Origin: an uncultured cyanobacterium
GTDB lineage: Bacteria > Cyanobacteriota > Cyanobacteriia > Cyanobacteriales > Microcystaceae
DNA length: 34,043 nucleotides
Reading direction: 5' to 3'
Assembly (NCBI GenBank): GCA_963807635.1
Contig: CAWEDJ010000081.1
Span: 1-34,043 of the forward strand
The notes below the pieces were generated by a model. It was not told the origin of the DNA and did no database searches. It saw nothing but the letters and a program-made list of their open reading frames with translations. Of the stretch, positions 30,210-34,043 are shown piece by piece; within the stretch, counting starts at the first letter, position 1; every line of letters begins with the position of its first letter. Position numbers and translations under genes: made by a program.

Positions 30210-31579
30210 TTATTCCTTATTTTTCCAGTCTTCTGTTTTGGTTTTCCAATCTTCAATAATACGTTGGCGTTGTCGGGCAATCACTAGGGCATCACTAGGC
30301 ACATTATTCGTTACAACTGAGCCTGCGGCCACCGTAACATTTTCTCCCAGACTAACAGGGGCAACTAATACACTATTGGCTCCTGTTTTCGTGCCATTTC
30401 CGATAACGGTTGTATGTTTATTCACTCCGTCGTAATTGGCTGTAATAGTTCCTGCCCCGACATTAACGCGCTCGCCGAGAATGGCATCCCCCAGATAAGA
30501 GAGATGGGCCACATTAGACTTTGTGCCAATGGTGGTTTTTTTAACTTCCACAAAATTACCGATGCGACAACCTGTTTCAATCTGGGCTTCCCCCCGAAGG
30601 TGAGCATAGGGGCCAATGCGACAATCCGACGCAACCTTGCTGTTATTAATTACGGAATAAAGTACCGAAACATTTTCCCCAATTTCACTATTGTCGATCA
30701 GGCTACCTGCCCGATACGACTCCCCTTACCGATAATCGAATTTCCCCGCAAGTGGCTATGGGGTTCAATGACCACATCTGGGGCAATGCTCACCGTGTCA
30801 TCAATGGTGATGCTATCGGGATTAATTAGGGTGACACCTGCCATCATCCACCGATCTTTGATCCGACTTTGTAGAACTTCATTGGCGTTCGCTAACTGTT
30901 TACGGTCATTAATACCACTAATTTCTAGGTAATCTTCCACATCTACTGCCATGACGCGATCAAAAAAATCTACCACATCCGTCAGATAGTATTCCTGCTG
31001 ATCGTTATTCGCCTGAAGTTTAGGTAAAATTTCCGCTAGTTTAGGCCAATTAAAGCAATAAATTCCCCCATTGATACGGTGATTCTGCTTTTGGGCATCG
31101 TTACAATCTCGATCTTCGACAATTTGTTTCACTAGGTTGTTGCTATCACAAAAGACCCGTCCATAGCCTTTAGGATTGGGTAATTGGGCCGTTAACAGAG
31201 TGGCCATGTTTTGTTGAGATTGGTGGACTGCTAGTAAATTTTCGAGGGTTTCGGGGCGCAGAAGGGGGGCATCTCCATTGAGGACTAATAAATCTCCCGT
31301 AAAATCCTCTAAATGGGGCAATAATTGCTGAATGGCGTGGCCTGTACCTTTTTGTTCCGTTTGTTCGACAAATTCGACATCGGGATTGTGGCGAAATTGA
31401 TTTTTGACTTGTTCGGCTTGATATCCCACGATAACCAGTTGGCGACTGGGATTCAGCCCTTTGCAACTCTCCAAAACACGTTCTACCAGCGATCGCCCAC
31501 CGAGGGTATGTAACACCTTGGGCAAAGTGGATTTCATTCGGGTTCCTTTACCCGCCGCTAAAACTGCTACCGCTACCAT
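30210..31579 (-). CDS. glmU: Bifunctional GlmU (frameshift near 30709)
   Basis: [21 protein letters not shown]; hexapeptide domain with [15 protein letters not shown]. Confidence 0.95.
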
Positions 31580-31718
31580 GCTTTAAATTTTATAAATCAA
31601 TGTTCTCGCCATTGAGTATATCTTGTCTTGATCACCTCTTATCGGATTTTCGATTTTCTATTCATGTCAGACGATGTGAAATTAAACCGAGGAATATTCA
31701 GTTTGTAGTGAGTAGGAT

Positions 31719-33980
<2,262 letters not shown>

Positions 33981-34043
33981 TATTAATCCATAAGCGATAA
34001 ATGCTTATTATAACGAAATCCTTATTGAGTGCCTAATTACCGC

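Noticed and set aside
30414..30932. 172-aa antisense ORF over glmU, plus other antisense/overlapping ORFs over pcrA, psbA and degT
   Set aside because: Shadow ORFs of well-supported genes, with no recognisable motifs.
21243..31579. Programmed ribosomal frameshifting in ccmP, hisG or glmU
   Set aside because: No slippery heptamers or stimulatory structures were seen at the breaks, and the indels are better explained by sequencing error.

Overview
A 34-kb chromosomal window from a unicellular, photosynthetic beta-cyanobacterium, inferred to be Chroococcales/Synechocystis-like. Support: very frequent HIP1 GCGATCGC, psbA, psb28, ccmP and the Yfr1 sRNA. Most of it is housekeeping or conserved genes: plsC, ureE, rsmH, glycerate kinase, pcrA, trxA, hisIE, ruvC, hisG, glmU, ligA. 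Accessory content includes a stand-alone MshEN protein, a Doc toxin with a tiny unannotated upstream antitoxin, a REC-GGDEF protein, an orphan NDP-sugar C-methyltransferase, an all3515-like PEP-CTERM protein next to a lone MsrQ-like gene, an LCP-methyltransferase-GT2 run, and several MITE/REP-like repeats. Between about 12.1 and 30.7 kb many genes, including essential ones, carry single-base frameshifts. These are most likely long-read consensus errors, and about nine sit on GGCC sites, which suggests a DNA-methylation footprint. The best candidate for an undescribed system is an error-fragmented two-gene module at 16.3-18.4 kb: a secreted protein with several His clusters and a His/acidic repeat tail, followed by an outer-membrane beta-barrel, behind a 19-bp-spacer promoter with a palindromic operator.
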